This document shows, piece after piece, positions 17,754 through 27,069 of a stretch of 29,758 bases of DNA (position 1 is the first letter of the stretch; each line of letters starts with the position of its first letter). Origin of the DNA: Candidatus Thorarchaeota archaeon (GTDB lineage Archaea; Asgardarchaeota; Thorarchaeia; Thorarchaeales; Thorarchaeaceae); NCBI GenBank assembly GCA_048884785.1, contig JBHLQM010000045.1, positions 1 to 29,758 on the forward strand, written 5' to 3'. The position numbers were made by a program, and so were the translations under genes. Under the pieces are notes generated by a model, which saw only the letters and a list, made by a program, of their open reading frames with translations, ran no database searches and was not told where the DNA came from.

Positions 17754-17776
17754 TACAACATCACCAGTATGTTGTA
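17754..17776. repeat. Perfect 8-bp inverted repeat in the 5' leader
   Basis: TACAACAT-caccagt-ATGTTGTA. Confidence 0.6.
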
Positions 17777-17814
17777 ACAACGTATTGGAAAGAGATAGAA
17801 ACGAGTTGTAAAAA

Positions 17815-18222
17815 ATGGCTGAGAAAAAAATACTCGCGAAGATAGCACTTCTGGCATATGGTGCCGTGTGTCTGCTATTTGGTTTCATGTACGTCTTTTT
17901 TGCTGAAACCCTCATAGCGAATATGGCTCCCCCTGGCTGGGAGATCAATGTATTTCATCCGAAAGTGCTAGGAGCATTCTTGGTTGTCATTGGATTCTTT
18001 GATATTCTAATACTAATCAACAGAGGATGGGAATGGGAACATGTCAAACTGGCCTATACGATCCTGTTTTCCTTTATTGTTCCCATGATAATCGCACAGA
18101 TTCTTGTATTGGCTCTCCTACCATTAACCGATGCCTTTGTAGCTGAGATGGCTTTTGAGATACCCTTAGAGTCTGCACTTCTCATTCTTGGAATCATTGG
18201 ATATCTGAAACAGAAGGCGTAA
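17815..18222 (+). CDS. Hypothetical 4-TM membrane protein
   Basis: 135-aa ORF with four hydrophobic segments and a basic C-terminus. Confidence 0.8.
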   Translation: MAEKKILAKIALLAYGAVCLLFGFMYVFFAETLIANMAPPGWEINVFHPKVLGAFLVVIGFFDILILINRGWEWEHVKLAYTILFSFIVPMIIAQILVLALLPLTDAFVAEMAFEIPLESALLILGIIGYLKQKA

Positions 18223-18293
18223 GACATCGAGGGAGGGGGGGATTCCCTTTTGACACTCTGGAAATCATTGAGTATGGCGCACGCCAGTTTTGC

Positions 18294-19823
18294 CTACCAA
18301 TTGTTGACCAATGGAATTCTAGCATCTGTTGTTAAGTTCAGACCCAGTTCCTTCAAAGCCTTCTCACACTCTCGTCCAATGAGATGAGTAGTATGCATCT
18401 CACATCCCTCTAGTTTAGTTAAGGCATTGATACATTCCGAAGCATTTGGATTGAAGACAGCACTCACAGCAAGAGCATCAAGAACTTCCTTAACATCGAG
18501 ACTGGTATCAATTATTCCCATCTGCTCCTTGAGTTTCATAATACTCTCTATAATGATTGGCGACAGAACATCTATTTCATCTGGAATTCCTGCTAGGTAT
18601 TTCACAGCATTAAGGAGCGCGGCACATTCCGAATTAAGAATCTTTGATCGCTTTCCTGTTAGAATGAGAGAGCCGTTATCATCAGGATATACTTCGATGG
18701 CCGCCCCAGTATGCATTCCCTCCTGAATCACCCCGGGCTTCTTCGAGCTCTCTACTAGCGCCTGATTTGCCAGAGCTGCTACGGTACGGTCTTCCGGTTT
18801 TGCGTGTACGCGGAGCATTATCTTGTTCATGCGGTCTAATGTATCGTGCGTCACATTGCCCTCTATGAAATCACGGTGGTATTGGTAGTACCTTCGTACA
18901 ATCTCATCAATACTAGCCTGCCGGACTACGTTATCATCAATTATTCCTTCGTTCGCCATGTTGACTCCAAGATCCGTTGGACTCTTGATTTCTGCAAGTG
19001 GATCGCCGGGAGGAGCAATTTTCTCAATGATCTTCTTGATTATAGAGAAATTCTCTACATCCCTGTTGTAGTTTGTCACATCAATACCATATGCTTCCTT
19101 ATGATGTAGGTCAACACAGTTGTAATCGCCGATATCTGCAGTAGCCGCTTCATAGGCAATATTCACGGGGTGGTCTACTGGCAAGTTCCATATTGGGAAT
19201 GTCTCGAATTTGGCAAAGTTGCTCATTATTTCCTCTTGTCTATCGTGATAGATTTGGCTCATGGCAAAGCTCATCTTGCCACTTCCAGGCCCTGGGGCTG
19301 TGATAATGATGATCTTCTTTTCAGTCTCAACATAATGGATTTTTCCATATCCATCATCACTCACGACCTTCTCTAAATCTGTTCGATAGTTTGCTATTTC
19401 GGGATTAGTGAACACTCTTATCCCTCTATTCTCAAGACGCTGTTTGAATTTGTCTGCCGTTGGCTGCCTACTGTACCTATTAATCAGGACGGCAGACACA
19501 TCTAGATTCAGCTGCTTCAAGTCACCAATGTCCTTGAGAATCTGATCGTCGTATGTCAGACCAAAGTCCCGTCTTATCTTTCTACGTTCAATATCCTTCG
19601 CACTTATACAGTGGACGATCTCGATATTATTTCCCAATCTCTTTAGCATCTGTGCTTTTGTATCAACAGCAAAACCAGGAAGGACTCTCGATGCATGATG
19701 GTCGTATCTGAGCTTACCTCCAAACTCAAGATAGAGTTTGTCGAATTTATTCACTCGTTCCATGATTCGTTTAATCTGAGCAGAGAGGTACCGTGCTGTG
19801 TCAAAGCCCTTCTTTCTAATCAT
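18294..19823 (-). CDS. DUF1846 (UPF0371) family protein
   Basis: KLYLEFGGKL..DHHASRVLPGF, TAPGPGSGK P-loop, AKFETFPIWNLP, NYNRDVE and SPTDLGVNM. Start at ATG 19823 (MIRKKGFD). Confidence 0.92.
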   Translation of the reverse strand: MIRKKGFDTARYLSAQIKRIMERVNKFDKLYLEFGGKLRYDHHASRVLPGFAVDTKAQMLKRLGNNIEIVHCISAKDIERRKIRRDFGLTYDDQILKDIGDLKQLNLDVSAVLINRYSRQPTADKFKQRLENRGIRVFTNPEIANYRTDLEKVVSDDGYGKIHYVETEKKIIIITAPGPGSGKMSFAMSQIYHDRQEEIMSNFAKFETFPIWNLPVDHPVNIAYEAATADIGDYNCVDLHHKEAYGIDVTNYNRDVENFSIIKKIIEKIAPPGDPLAEIKSPTDLGVNMANEGIIDDNVVRQASIDEIVRRYYQYHRDFIEGNVTHDTLDRMNKIMLRVHAKPEDRTVAALANQALVESSKKPGVIQEGMHTGAAIEVYPDDNGSLILTGKRSKILNSECAALLNAVKYLAGIPDEIDVLSPIIIESIMKLKEQMGIIDTSLDVKEVLDALAVSAVFNPNASECINALTKLEGCEMHTTHLIGRECEKALKELGLNLTTDARIPLVNNW

Positions 19824-19998
19824 AAATATCACGTAGAGAATAGTTAGGTGCCTGGTGAAAACAATATTCGGGGATGTTTTCAACCAGTCTATAAAGGCTT
19901 CGAACGACTTTCACAAAAGATTGGCAATCACCTATCCTGCTGAAATAAATAGGCGATTAGCTACTACTGGGATAATTTGCTTCAAAGAGGATTCCCGG

Positions 19999-21204
19999 AT
20001 GTCGCATGACCTGATTGTAGTTGGTGGCGGTCCCGCTGGTGCTGCTTGTGCAAGAAGAGCCGCTCAAAGGGGACTTGATGTAGTTGTCATAGAAAAGCAG
20101 GCACATCCCCGTAGAAAGGCATGTGGGGGTGGGTTCCGGCCTGGATTGCTTGACCTGCTTGATTTTGATGTCACTCCGGCTCTAGACAGAGTGGCTTGTG
20201 GCTCTCATTTGTTCTCACCCTCGCGAACAAAAATCATATGCACACGCGACATGATAACGGGCTATCTAGTCAGGCGAGAGGTATTTGATAAACTACTCTT
20301 GGATAAGGCAGCGGAAGCCGGAGCTGAGGTGATATCCAATGTGGAGGTTCTTGATATTACAGAGAGTTCAGATGATGTCTTGGCATACCGGAATGATGGC
20401 GTGACAACAAGTGGAAAGTACTTGGTTGGTGCTGATGGTGTCAATAGTCGCATCGCCCGCGTTTCAGGACTCAAGCCAAGATGGGAAGACGACGAGATTG
20501 GCCTGTGTTTTGAGGCAAGCGTCCCAATGGAGGAATCTGATATCCTTCGTATCAATGAGGGTCCCTATGGACAAGATCGGTTATGCATTCAGATCTATTT
20601 TGGAGGTCTAGATCATGGATATGCATGGAACTTCCCGAAGAGGGGCGAGGTGTCACTTGGTATGGGTTGTCTTGTGACTTACGCCGCTGACTTGAAGGAG
20701 GCATGGAAGAACTTCACATCCGAATTCAGTGAGCGCTACTCGGTCAATGTGGATCTATCAGAAACGACCGCCATGAGAGTTCCTCTCAAAGGTCCTATCA
20801 AGAGGACAATAACAGGACGTACCCTACTCACTGGAGATGCCGCCGGGTTTGTATCACCATGCACCGGAGAGGGCATCTACTATGCAATCAGGTCTGGTCA
20901 AATTGCTGCTGATGCTGTGGCGGACACTCTTGAGGGAAAAGCAGACCATATACGGACCTACGAGCAAAGATGGAAGAAGGACATTGGCAATGATCTTGGA
21001 GTAGGCAATTTCTTGGCAAATCTTCTCTTCAAGAAACAGAAAAACATGGAGCATGCAATCCAGATGGGGGTCGGGGATGAGGTTATGAGAAACCACCTCA
21101 CGGACCTTATTGGAGGTCTTAGATCCTATTCTGAACTTCGTACGGCTCTAATGAAGCGTGTGCTCACACGACATCCGACGACTGGATTGAAGATGCTGAC
21201 CTAG
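19999..21204 (+). CDS. Geranylgeranyl reductase-family FAD-dependent oxidoreductase
   Basis: VVGGGPAG, RRKACGGG, REVFD, VGADG, GYAWNFP and GDAAGFVSP..GEGI. ATG 19999. Confidence 0.9.
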   Translation: MSHDLIVVGGGPAGAACARRAAQRGLDVVVIEKQAHPRRKACGGGFRPGLLDLLDFDVTPALDRVACGSHLFSPSRTKIICTRDMITGYLVRREVFDKLLLDKAAEAGAEVISNVEVLDITESSDDVLAYRNDGVTTSGKYLVGADGVNSRIARVSGLKPRWEDDEIGLCFEASVPMEESDILRINEGPYGQDRLCIQIYFGGLDHGYAWNFPKRGEVSLGMGCLVTYAADLKEAWKNFTSEFSERYSVNVDLSETTAMRVPLKGPIKRTITGRTLLTGDAAGFVSPCTGEGIYYAIRSGQIAADAVADTLEGKADHIRTYEQRWKKDIGNDLGVGNFLANLLFKKQKNMEHAIQMGVGDEVMRNHLTDLIGGLRSYSELRTALMKRVLTRHPTTGLKMLT

Positions 21205-21212
21205 AAACCAGA

Positions 21213-21464
21213 TCAAGTCCTAAGCATCTCGTAGAATACTTTCAATGCGAGATCGACAAAATCATCATCACTCCCGAAATAGCCTGGGAAAATAACCTGA
21301 TAGACCATCAGAAGTCCCACAACTCTTTGAATCGCATCCATCCTGTCTTTCACTTTTCCCAATTCCTCTGTTCCAGGCTTTGCTGTTTTCATCATGATGT
21401 CGGACAGAATGCTCATTCCTTGCTGCAGTCCGTCAGTGGTCTGATATCTCTTTACGAGCTCCAG
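21213..21464 (-). pseudogene. Probable C-terminal remnant of a helical protein (or a short protein starting at ATG 21416)
   Basis: Protein-like sequence LELVKRYQ...FVDLALKVFYEMLRT*. The upstream part of the listed ORF is only the antisense of the flavodoxin gene. Confidence 0.4.
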
Positions 21465-21957
21465 AGTTCTTAGAGATGAAGGTTTTGATGTACAAACCGT
21501 CGAAGCGAAGAAAGAGAAGATGCGGGATATCTCAGAATACGATCTAATTATCATTGGGAGCGGGATGAGGATAGCCAAATGGGTGGCTGAGCCCGAGAAA
21601 TTCATCAAGAAGTTCCAGAAGGAACTAAGAATGAAGAGGACTGCCCTATTCGTTTCATCCGGCGCCCAAGCACTTCACAAGCACAAAGAAGATACAAAGG
21701 CGATGGAAGATGCACGAACTGACTATCTTGTGAAGAAAGCTGAGAAGTATTCACTTCAACCCCTTTCTATGGCCATCTTTGGAGGAGTATGGGACTATAA
21801 CAAAATGGGATTTCCGTTTAAGCAGACGATGGAGCCATTTAAGGAAGAACTTCGCGGTGCAGGAATCCCGGAAACAGAATCTGGCGTCTTTGATACTCGT
21901 GATTGGGACGAAATCCGAAACTGGACAACTGAACTCGCACGCAAGGTAAAAGAATGA
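21463..21957 (+). pseudogene. 5'-truncated flavodoxin-domain (HemG/Flavodoxin_5-like) protein
   Basis: Flavodoxin-like sequence RVLRDEGFDVQTVEAK...DISEYDLIIIGSG...ALFVSSG...IFGG...DTRDWDEIRNW. The in-frame TGA at 21442 comes before any beta1/FMN phosphate-binding loop, and there is no start codon at the expected position. Confidence 0.7.
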
Positions 21958-22054
21958 AATCAGAAGAGAGGACGCTCCGCCTTCTCGTGAAGAATAGAGG
22001 CACTGACCAATGTTTTTATTCAAGCAGGCTTCTATCTATTTAGGGCTGCTCAAT

Positions 22055-22525
22055 ATGGAAGAGAAAGCGATTCAAGATGGGTGGCATGAGATAGGGAGCT
22101 ACTGCTGGGGTTGCGGTAGGAATAATGAGCACGGGCTCCGCCTGAAGAGCTTCTGGCGAGGCGATGAAGTTATTGCCACATGGCAACCTCAGGAGTATCA
22201 CATGGCGTTTCCAGGCGTCCTCAATGGGGGTATTATTGCCACACTCATTGACTGTCACTCTTTGAATATGGCCAATGCCGCTGCCTGCAGGGCAGAGGGC
22301 CGAGAGTATGATGCGGACCCTCTCAGTGGATTTGTAACAGGATCTCTCTTTATCAAGCTGCTTAAACCAACACCAGTTGATGTTCCTGTTACATTACGAG
22401 CTCGGATAAAGGAAATGAATGAACGCAAGATTACAATAACATGCAAGCTCTACTCAGATGAAATGGAATGTGCAGAAGGCGAGCTAATTGCCATCAGAGT
22501 TGGTCGCAGCAAGCTCTTGGGATAG
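22055..22525 (+). CDS. PaaI-family hotdog-fold thioesterase
   Basis: CWGCG..N..GL, PGVLNGGIIATLIDCH and LLKPTP. Confidence 0.88.
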   Translation: MEEKAIQDGWHEIGSYCWGCGRNNEHGLRLKSFWRGDEVIATWQPQEYHMAFPGVLNGGIIATLIDCHSLNMANAAACRAEGREYDADPLSGFVTGSLFIKLLKPTPVDVPVTLRARIKEMNERKITITCKLYSDEMECAEGELIAIRVGRSKLLG

Positions 22526-22651
22526 ATTGCTTCACATAAGAGTGATAGATAATTCGCCTAGTTCAGCCACAAAAATGGACAATAATCTCAAGCCAACGTC
22601 AATGTAGAGCTTAAATACAACCATGAATGCCATTGCGCGAAGGTATCAGAT

Positions 22652-23557
22652 TTGTTTGAGTATTCAGTGGAACAAAAGATTCTCTCAATTTCTGGCGTTA
22701 GAATTGGTGGATTGCCCGGCAGGAATGCTACTGTAGTTATTCCATCGATATTTTACTCGAAAGATCCTCTCGTCAAGGATGCAGAAGCTGGTGAAATTAA
22801 CAAAAAGGCTACTGAGGACATCCTAGGCATGCTATCGGATATGAGCGATAAGACTGGACTCCCTACCATTTTGGATGTTGTTGCTTCATCACCAAATGCA
22901 ATGCAGAGTTATCTGCAATATCTGGTGGATGCCTGCACCTTCCCCTTGATGATAGACGGATCGGGTGACAACACTGTTAATTCAGCCGGCGTTCTGAGGG
23001 CCAGCGAGTCTGGCTTTCTAGACAGAGTTATTCTGAATTCCCTCGCGCCTGAAACTAAGAGTGACATCTATGGAGTCATCAAGGAAACAAGACTCCAAAA
23101 TGCACTTCTTCTGACCTTCACAACTCAAGCACTAGCTTCAATCACAAAACGTGTTGAGCATGCAGACAACCTGATTAAATCTGCACAAGAGGCCGGAATA
23201 GCAAACATAATGCTTGACACAGGAGTCATGGACCTTCTTACTTTGGGCATCGCATGCAAAGCACAGATGATTCTGAAGGACAAATACGGATTTCCAGTAG
23301 GCAATGGTGCTCACAATGCGATTAGTACTTGGCGTGGTTTGGTACCCAAATTTGGGAGAGAAGCAAAGAAGGCAGCTTTTGCTAGCTCGAGTTTGATACC
23401 AGTGATTCTTGGAGCTGACTTCGTGTTGATGGGCCCTGCCAAAAACGCTCCCATGGTTTATCCAGCGGTGGCAATGGCTGATACGGTCCTATCTGGTAGT
23501 CTTTTAGAGGACAGAATTAGACCCGAGAAACCACATCCTAGATACATGATAAGCTAA
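22652..23557 (+). CDS. mtrH: Tetrahydromethanopterin S-methyltransferase subunit H-like methyltransferase
   Basis: FEY..EQK...I.GVRIGGLPG..TV...SIFY, LMIDG, ILNS, YGFPVGNGAHNA, GADFVLMGP and HPRY end; TTG start. Confidence 0.88.
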   Translation: MFEYSVEQKILSISGVRIGGLPGRNATVVIPSIFYSKDPLVKDAEAGEINKKATEDILGMLSDMSDKTGLPTILDVVASSPNAMQSYLQYLVDACTFPLMIDGSGDNTVNSAGVLRASESGFLDRVILNSLAPETKSDIYGVIKETRLQNALLLTFTTQALASITKRVEHADNLIKSAQEAGIANIMLDTGVMDLLTLGIACKAQMILKDKYGFPVGNGAHNAISTWRGLVPKFGREAKKAAFASSSLIPVILGADFVLMGPAKNAPMVYPAVAMADTVLSGSLLEDRIRPEKPHPRYMIS

Positions 23558-23580
23558 TCTGAAAGAGTTATTCTTCTCCC

Positions 23581-23775
23581 TTAGAAGACTATCAGTCCTG
23601 CGCTGTACAGAATTAGCATTATCAATCCCGACAAGATAAACGCACAGGCTACTCGAATTGCCCCTTTTGCTGCTCCCTTGTATAGTATCTCTGTCAGAAT
23701 CCATATGCAAATGATGAGGACTGTAATCACAAGTAGTAGAAGGTTGAATGGATTCGAGGGATCTAGTTGAATCAA
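23581..23775 (-). CDS. Small 2-TM membrane protein, copy 1
   Basis: 64 aa, TTG start with an AGAGG SD; 28/64 identical without gaps to 24254-24448. Confidence 0.75.
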   Translation of the reverse strand: MIQLDPSNPFNLLLLVITVLIICIWILTEILYKGAAKGAIRVACAFILSGLIMLILYSAGLIVF

Positions 23776-23920
23776 TGATTTTACCTCTCGGCAAGATTGC
23801 TATGACCGCCGAGATAAAAATGATGTTTGTTATTGAAATTGATTAATTGCGAAACCCAAGAAAACACTGAGGAAGTCCGTGTATCAGAACCCATTAATAT
23901 CTGAAATCTATGGACCACTT

Positions 23921-24124
23921 ATGCCGTCTGTTGATGTTAAAGTTTGGAAAGGTATATCGGATCAGGCTGTGGAGCAAATCATCTCAGGAATAACCAAGGT
24001 ATTCGTTGAGCTAGGCATTCCCGAACGAGCTGTCGAGGTCATTGTCTTCGAGATTCCCAAGACCCACTGGGGGGTTGGTGGAAGACCAGCTTCAAGGGGT
24101 CTGCCAGACGAAAAACCGCCTTAG
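23921..24124 (+). CDS. 4-oxalocrotonate tautomerase-family protein
   Basis: Met-Pro start (catalytic Pro1) and VEVIVFEIPKTHWGVGG. TATA-like ATTAATAT about 20 nt upstream suggests a leaderless mRNA. Confidence 0.9.
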   Translation: MPSVDVKVWKGISDQAVEQIISGITKVFVELGIPERAVEVIVFEIPKTHWGVGGRPASRGLPDEKPP

Positions 24125-24253
24125 GCCGCTTCAAAGGAATTGATTCTAAACACCTGGTTGATTAAAGTCTTGGATTCCTTGAATGAGACGAGTATAGAGG
24201 AGTGATGCCGCCATATTGATTTTGGACTTCGAGCCTCTTCTAGATGCCATCAA

Positions 24254-24448
24254 TCAGAAGACAATCAAACCAAGTGAATAGAAAGTCAACAGGAACAAGC
24301 CACTAAGGATGAGCCCGCTAGCTATGCGTACTATCTCTCTCACTTGCGACTTCAAGCGCAGTTCTGCTACTATCCAGATGAGAATCACAACGACTATGAT
24401 CACAATCAATATTGAACTGGGCGAAAATATCGGGAATATTTGGAGCAA
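24254..24448 (-). CDS. Small 2-TM membrane protein, copy 2
   Basis: 64 aa, TTG start with an AGAGG SD; shares IWI..E...K, ILSGL and YS.GLIVF with copy 1. Confidence 0.75.
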   Translation of the reverse strand: MLQIFPIFSPSSILIVIIVVVILIWIVAELRLKSQVREIVRIASGLILSGLFLLTFYSLGLIVF

Positions 24449-24587
24449 TGAAATTAGCCTCTTCCCTCGCGAAAGATGAATTCAGATATATATCGTCTTG
24501 AATGCAAGGAGATGCCCCATTTTGAACATCAACAAGAAAAAGGAATCAGGGAGCATGGAGCTCCCCAATAATTCGTGTGAATACCAT

Positions 24588-25475
24588 TCATGAGTTGCTG
24601 ACTGATGCCGTCAAGGCTTTTCCATACCTCTTAATGACAACAGCAACAACGATCCAGTATACCATTGCTAGGATAAAGAACCAGAAGGTCTCTGTTGCAG
24701 GAAATGTAACAGCCGGTGTGAGTGCAAGAAGGAATCCAGTAGAGCTTCCATGCATCAACTGTACCATCAAGACACTGTCGTTTGTGCTGTTGTGGACCCA
24801 GACCTGCAGTACTCTCATAGCGGTCATTCCAATTATCCACATGAATATGAAATAAGGAATGAAAAAGATCCCTAGCCATTGACTAGATCCAAGATACCCA
24901 GCCATGAAATGCCAGACGCCATGTATCAATCCAACTTTTATGGCTGCAAATAGTGAACTTGTATTTGCCTTTAATGTTGGATAGAGAAATCCAATCCATC
25001 CAATCTCTTCAAAGAATCCTGTTATTAAACCAATAACAACTCCAAACAGAAACAGTCCTGGGGTATAAACCGGAGAAACCAGGATTGACAGAGATGTGAG
25101 AACGAATAGGATGGCTACTGGAGGTAGCAAAAGCGCAATTGCGTACCATGATACAGCATTTCTCCATCGTCGCATTCTTGAAAAGAGAAGACTGAGTCCG
25201 TTCCGACCACTAACAAGATATGTTAAGGAAATTCCACCTAAACATGGGCCTGCTAGCATTGGAAGCCACATGTACAGAGCATCAATGAGACCTACAGGTT
25301 CACCATTAAAGAACTTGGGACCTGCAATGATAAGACTGCCAAGCCATGGTATTAGATACGCTATTAGTGTGTAATAGACCACTGGGTGTCTTCGAATGTG
25401 ATCAACTATTCTCTTCGAGTAGCTTGATGATTTCTCATCAGGATTTGCCACAATTGCAATTACGTGTTTTTCCAT
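24588..25475 (-). CDS. CPBP (CAAX/Abi) family intramembrane glutamic protease
   Basis: Multi-TM protein with FFEEIGWIG, HGVWH and MHGSST motifs; AGGTGA SD 9 nt before ATG 25475. Confidence 0.85.
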   Translation of the reverse strand: MEKHVIAIVANPDEKSSSYSKRIVDHIRRHPVVYYTLIAYLIPWLGSLIIAGPKFFNGEPVGLIDALYMWLPMLAGPCLGGISLTYLVSGRNGLSLLFSRMRRWRNAVSWYAIALLLPPVAILFVLTSLSILVSPVYTPGLFLFGVVIGLITGFFEEIGWIGFLYPTLKANTSSLFAAIKVGLIHGVWHFMAGYLGSSQWLGIFFIPYFIFMWIIGMTAMRVLQVWVHNSTNDSVLMVQLMHGSSTGFLLALTPAVTFPATETFWFFILAMVYWIVVAVVIKRYGKALTASVSNS

Positions 25476-25485
25476 TTTGTAATTC

Positions 25486-25506
25486 ACCTGAAGCTATACT
25501 TCAGGT
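25486..25506. promoter_or_regulatory. Inverted repeat overlapping the SD of the CPBP gene
   Basis: ACCTGAAG-ctata-CTTCAGGT, perfect 8-bp arms. Confidence 0.5.
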
Positions 25507-25702
25507 AATGATGAGGATAAATTATAGAAGAAACATTGGCAAGTCATGACTGAAAAAACGAGGTGAACAGACCGCAATTGGTTCCTTTTTTGAACCGCTT
25601 GCTTCAGATTTCATCAACTCTCCCATTAATTTCCTCTGCGCGCCACAGTGCTATCGAGGAACCTGTCTAGTTGCTCGAAGTCCAATGCCTATAGATTGAA
25701 AC

Positions 25703-26401
25703 CTAGGGGTATCTGGATATAGGAGATAAGATTGCAAGTTTGAGTTCTAGTTTTCTGGATGTTGTATAGGTTTCTCCTGTATATTCAAAAGCATCATAAT
25801 CCCCGATTACTATGACCCTAAGTGGTTGATTGCTCACTTCCTGAAAGATACCAACAATCCTTTCAAAGGCTCTTTCAGCGTCGAATCTAATCTGGGGCTC
25901 AGATAGTGCAGCAAGAACCCCGGGTGGAGGTTCCTTTCCCTCATTCTTGAAAGCGTATATCGTAATCAGGGATACCAAAACAAGCACAACTACGAAACCA
26001 GCGATCAAAACCGGGAACGCAATTTGTGTTGGCACAATGCCAAGCTGTCTCATTACCTCCAAGAGAAACAGAATTGCCATCCCAAGAAAAGAACCAAAGA
26101 GCGTTATCCTTATGAACCAAATAGTCCGAGCTGGAATCTCTGGACCCATCTTCTCCCTGAAACTTTCAAAGAAGGCTTTCCTCATCCCAGGATCGAACTT
26201 TTCAAGCACAATCATGGTTGACCAAAATGCCATGGTTCCTGAATCAGAGAATTCTGCAGGTTTCCGCTCGCTCTTGATCTTTCCAAAGTCTGCATAACCC
26301 TGCTGAATCATATCTAGAAACTGAATTGCCTGTGAGATCTGAATACTCTTGACTCCTCTAATCTCAAAGCCTGCTTGTTTTTTCTTCTTTGTGCCAGTCA
26401 T
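25703..26401 (-). CDS. Hypothetical membrane protein (2 central TM helices)
   Basis: 232-aa ORF with a hydrophobic hairpin flanked by soluble regions. Confidence 0.75.
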   Translation of the reverse strand: MTGTKKKKQAGFEIRGVKSIQISQAIQFLDMIQQGYADFGKIKSERKPAEFSDSGTMAFWSTMIVLEKFDPGMRKAFFESFREKMGPEIPARTIWFIRITLFGSFLGMAILFLLEVMRQLGIVPTQIAFPVLIAGFVVVLVLVSLITIYAFKNEGKEPPPGVLAALSEPQIRFDAERAFERIVGIFQEVSNQPLRVIVIGDYDAFEYTGETYTTSRKLELKLAILSPISRYP

Positions 26402-26502
26402 GATTGATTCATGTTGAGTTTAACTCGAAAGAACATAACCTCTTGTACAGATTTGCCACCAATGAAATCGCTGATGCGTTAAGTTGACAAGATGAAATCT
26501 AA

Positions 26503-26524
26503 TCTGCATTGCAATGAATGCAGA
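26503..26524 (-). terminator. Possible 3' hairpin after the 26536-27069 gene
   Basis: TCTGCATT-gcaatg-AATGCAGA, 11 nt past the stop codon. Confidence 0.3.
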
Positions 26525-26535
26525 GATTATGCTAG

Positions 26536-27069
26536 CTATCGGGTATGCTTTTTGGACCACCTACTGACAATGGAAACCACATCATCATGCATGGCTGTCA
26601 TCCGGATTGCAACTCCAGTGACCGGGTCGGTGATAGTGAAATTGAAATGTTCATCACCAGGGCTCCTGTGAGATAGCTTCTGCTTTATGAATTGCTCAGG
26701 CGCAAGATTCTCTATATTGGCTCTGGGAATCTGATTGATTATCGATTTACCTCTGACCTCAAGCAAGCGCTGATTAGTAATGAAGTACTCGGTCCTTTTG
26801 ACTTGGATGTACATGTACAATATGTAGAGGGCTACTGCCAATAGGGTGGCTAGGCCGAGGAAATTGGCTATGATGGAAGGTACTGTTCCCATCTCTCTAC
26901 CGATTTCACTGAGTATTGCTATCAGGATTGGAGCTAAGATCAATGGCAGGCATCCTTGTACCACAAAAATCACGATACTGAGTCCTGCCTCCTGGTTCCA
27001 TTCAATGACTTCGCCATGATTCAACCCCTTTAAGGGGGCTGCGGGTTCTTGCCGCGTCGCAGGTGACAT
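26536..27069 (-). CDS. Membrane protein with 2 TM helices and a bacterial PH-like domain
   Basis: L..GEVIEW, two TMs, then TEYFITNQRLLEVRG (bPH-type Y.IT..R motif). Confidence 0.7.
   Translation of the reverse strand: MSPATRQEPAAPLKGLNHGEVIEWNQEAGLSIVIFVVQGCLPLILAPILIAILSEIGREMGTVPSIIANFLGLATLLAVALYILYMYIQVKRTEYFITNQRLLEVRGKSIINQIPRANIENLAPEQFIKQKLSHRSPGDEHFNFTITDPVTGVAIRMTAMHDDVVSIVSRWSKKHTR

Noticed and set aside
18230-18251. AGGGA...TCCCT hairpin with a T-tract between convergent genes
   Set aside because: Only a 5-6 bp stem; too weak to call a terminator.
19807-19823. Third CCCTTCTTTC match to the leader motif
   Set aside because: It lies in the first codons of the DUF1846 gene (antisense) and lacks the TATA box and the other blocks.
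21465-21608. N-terminal part of the listed 131-aa minus-strand ORF
   Set aside because: It is the antisense of the flavodoxin coding sequence.
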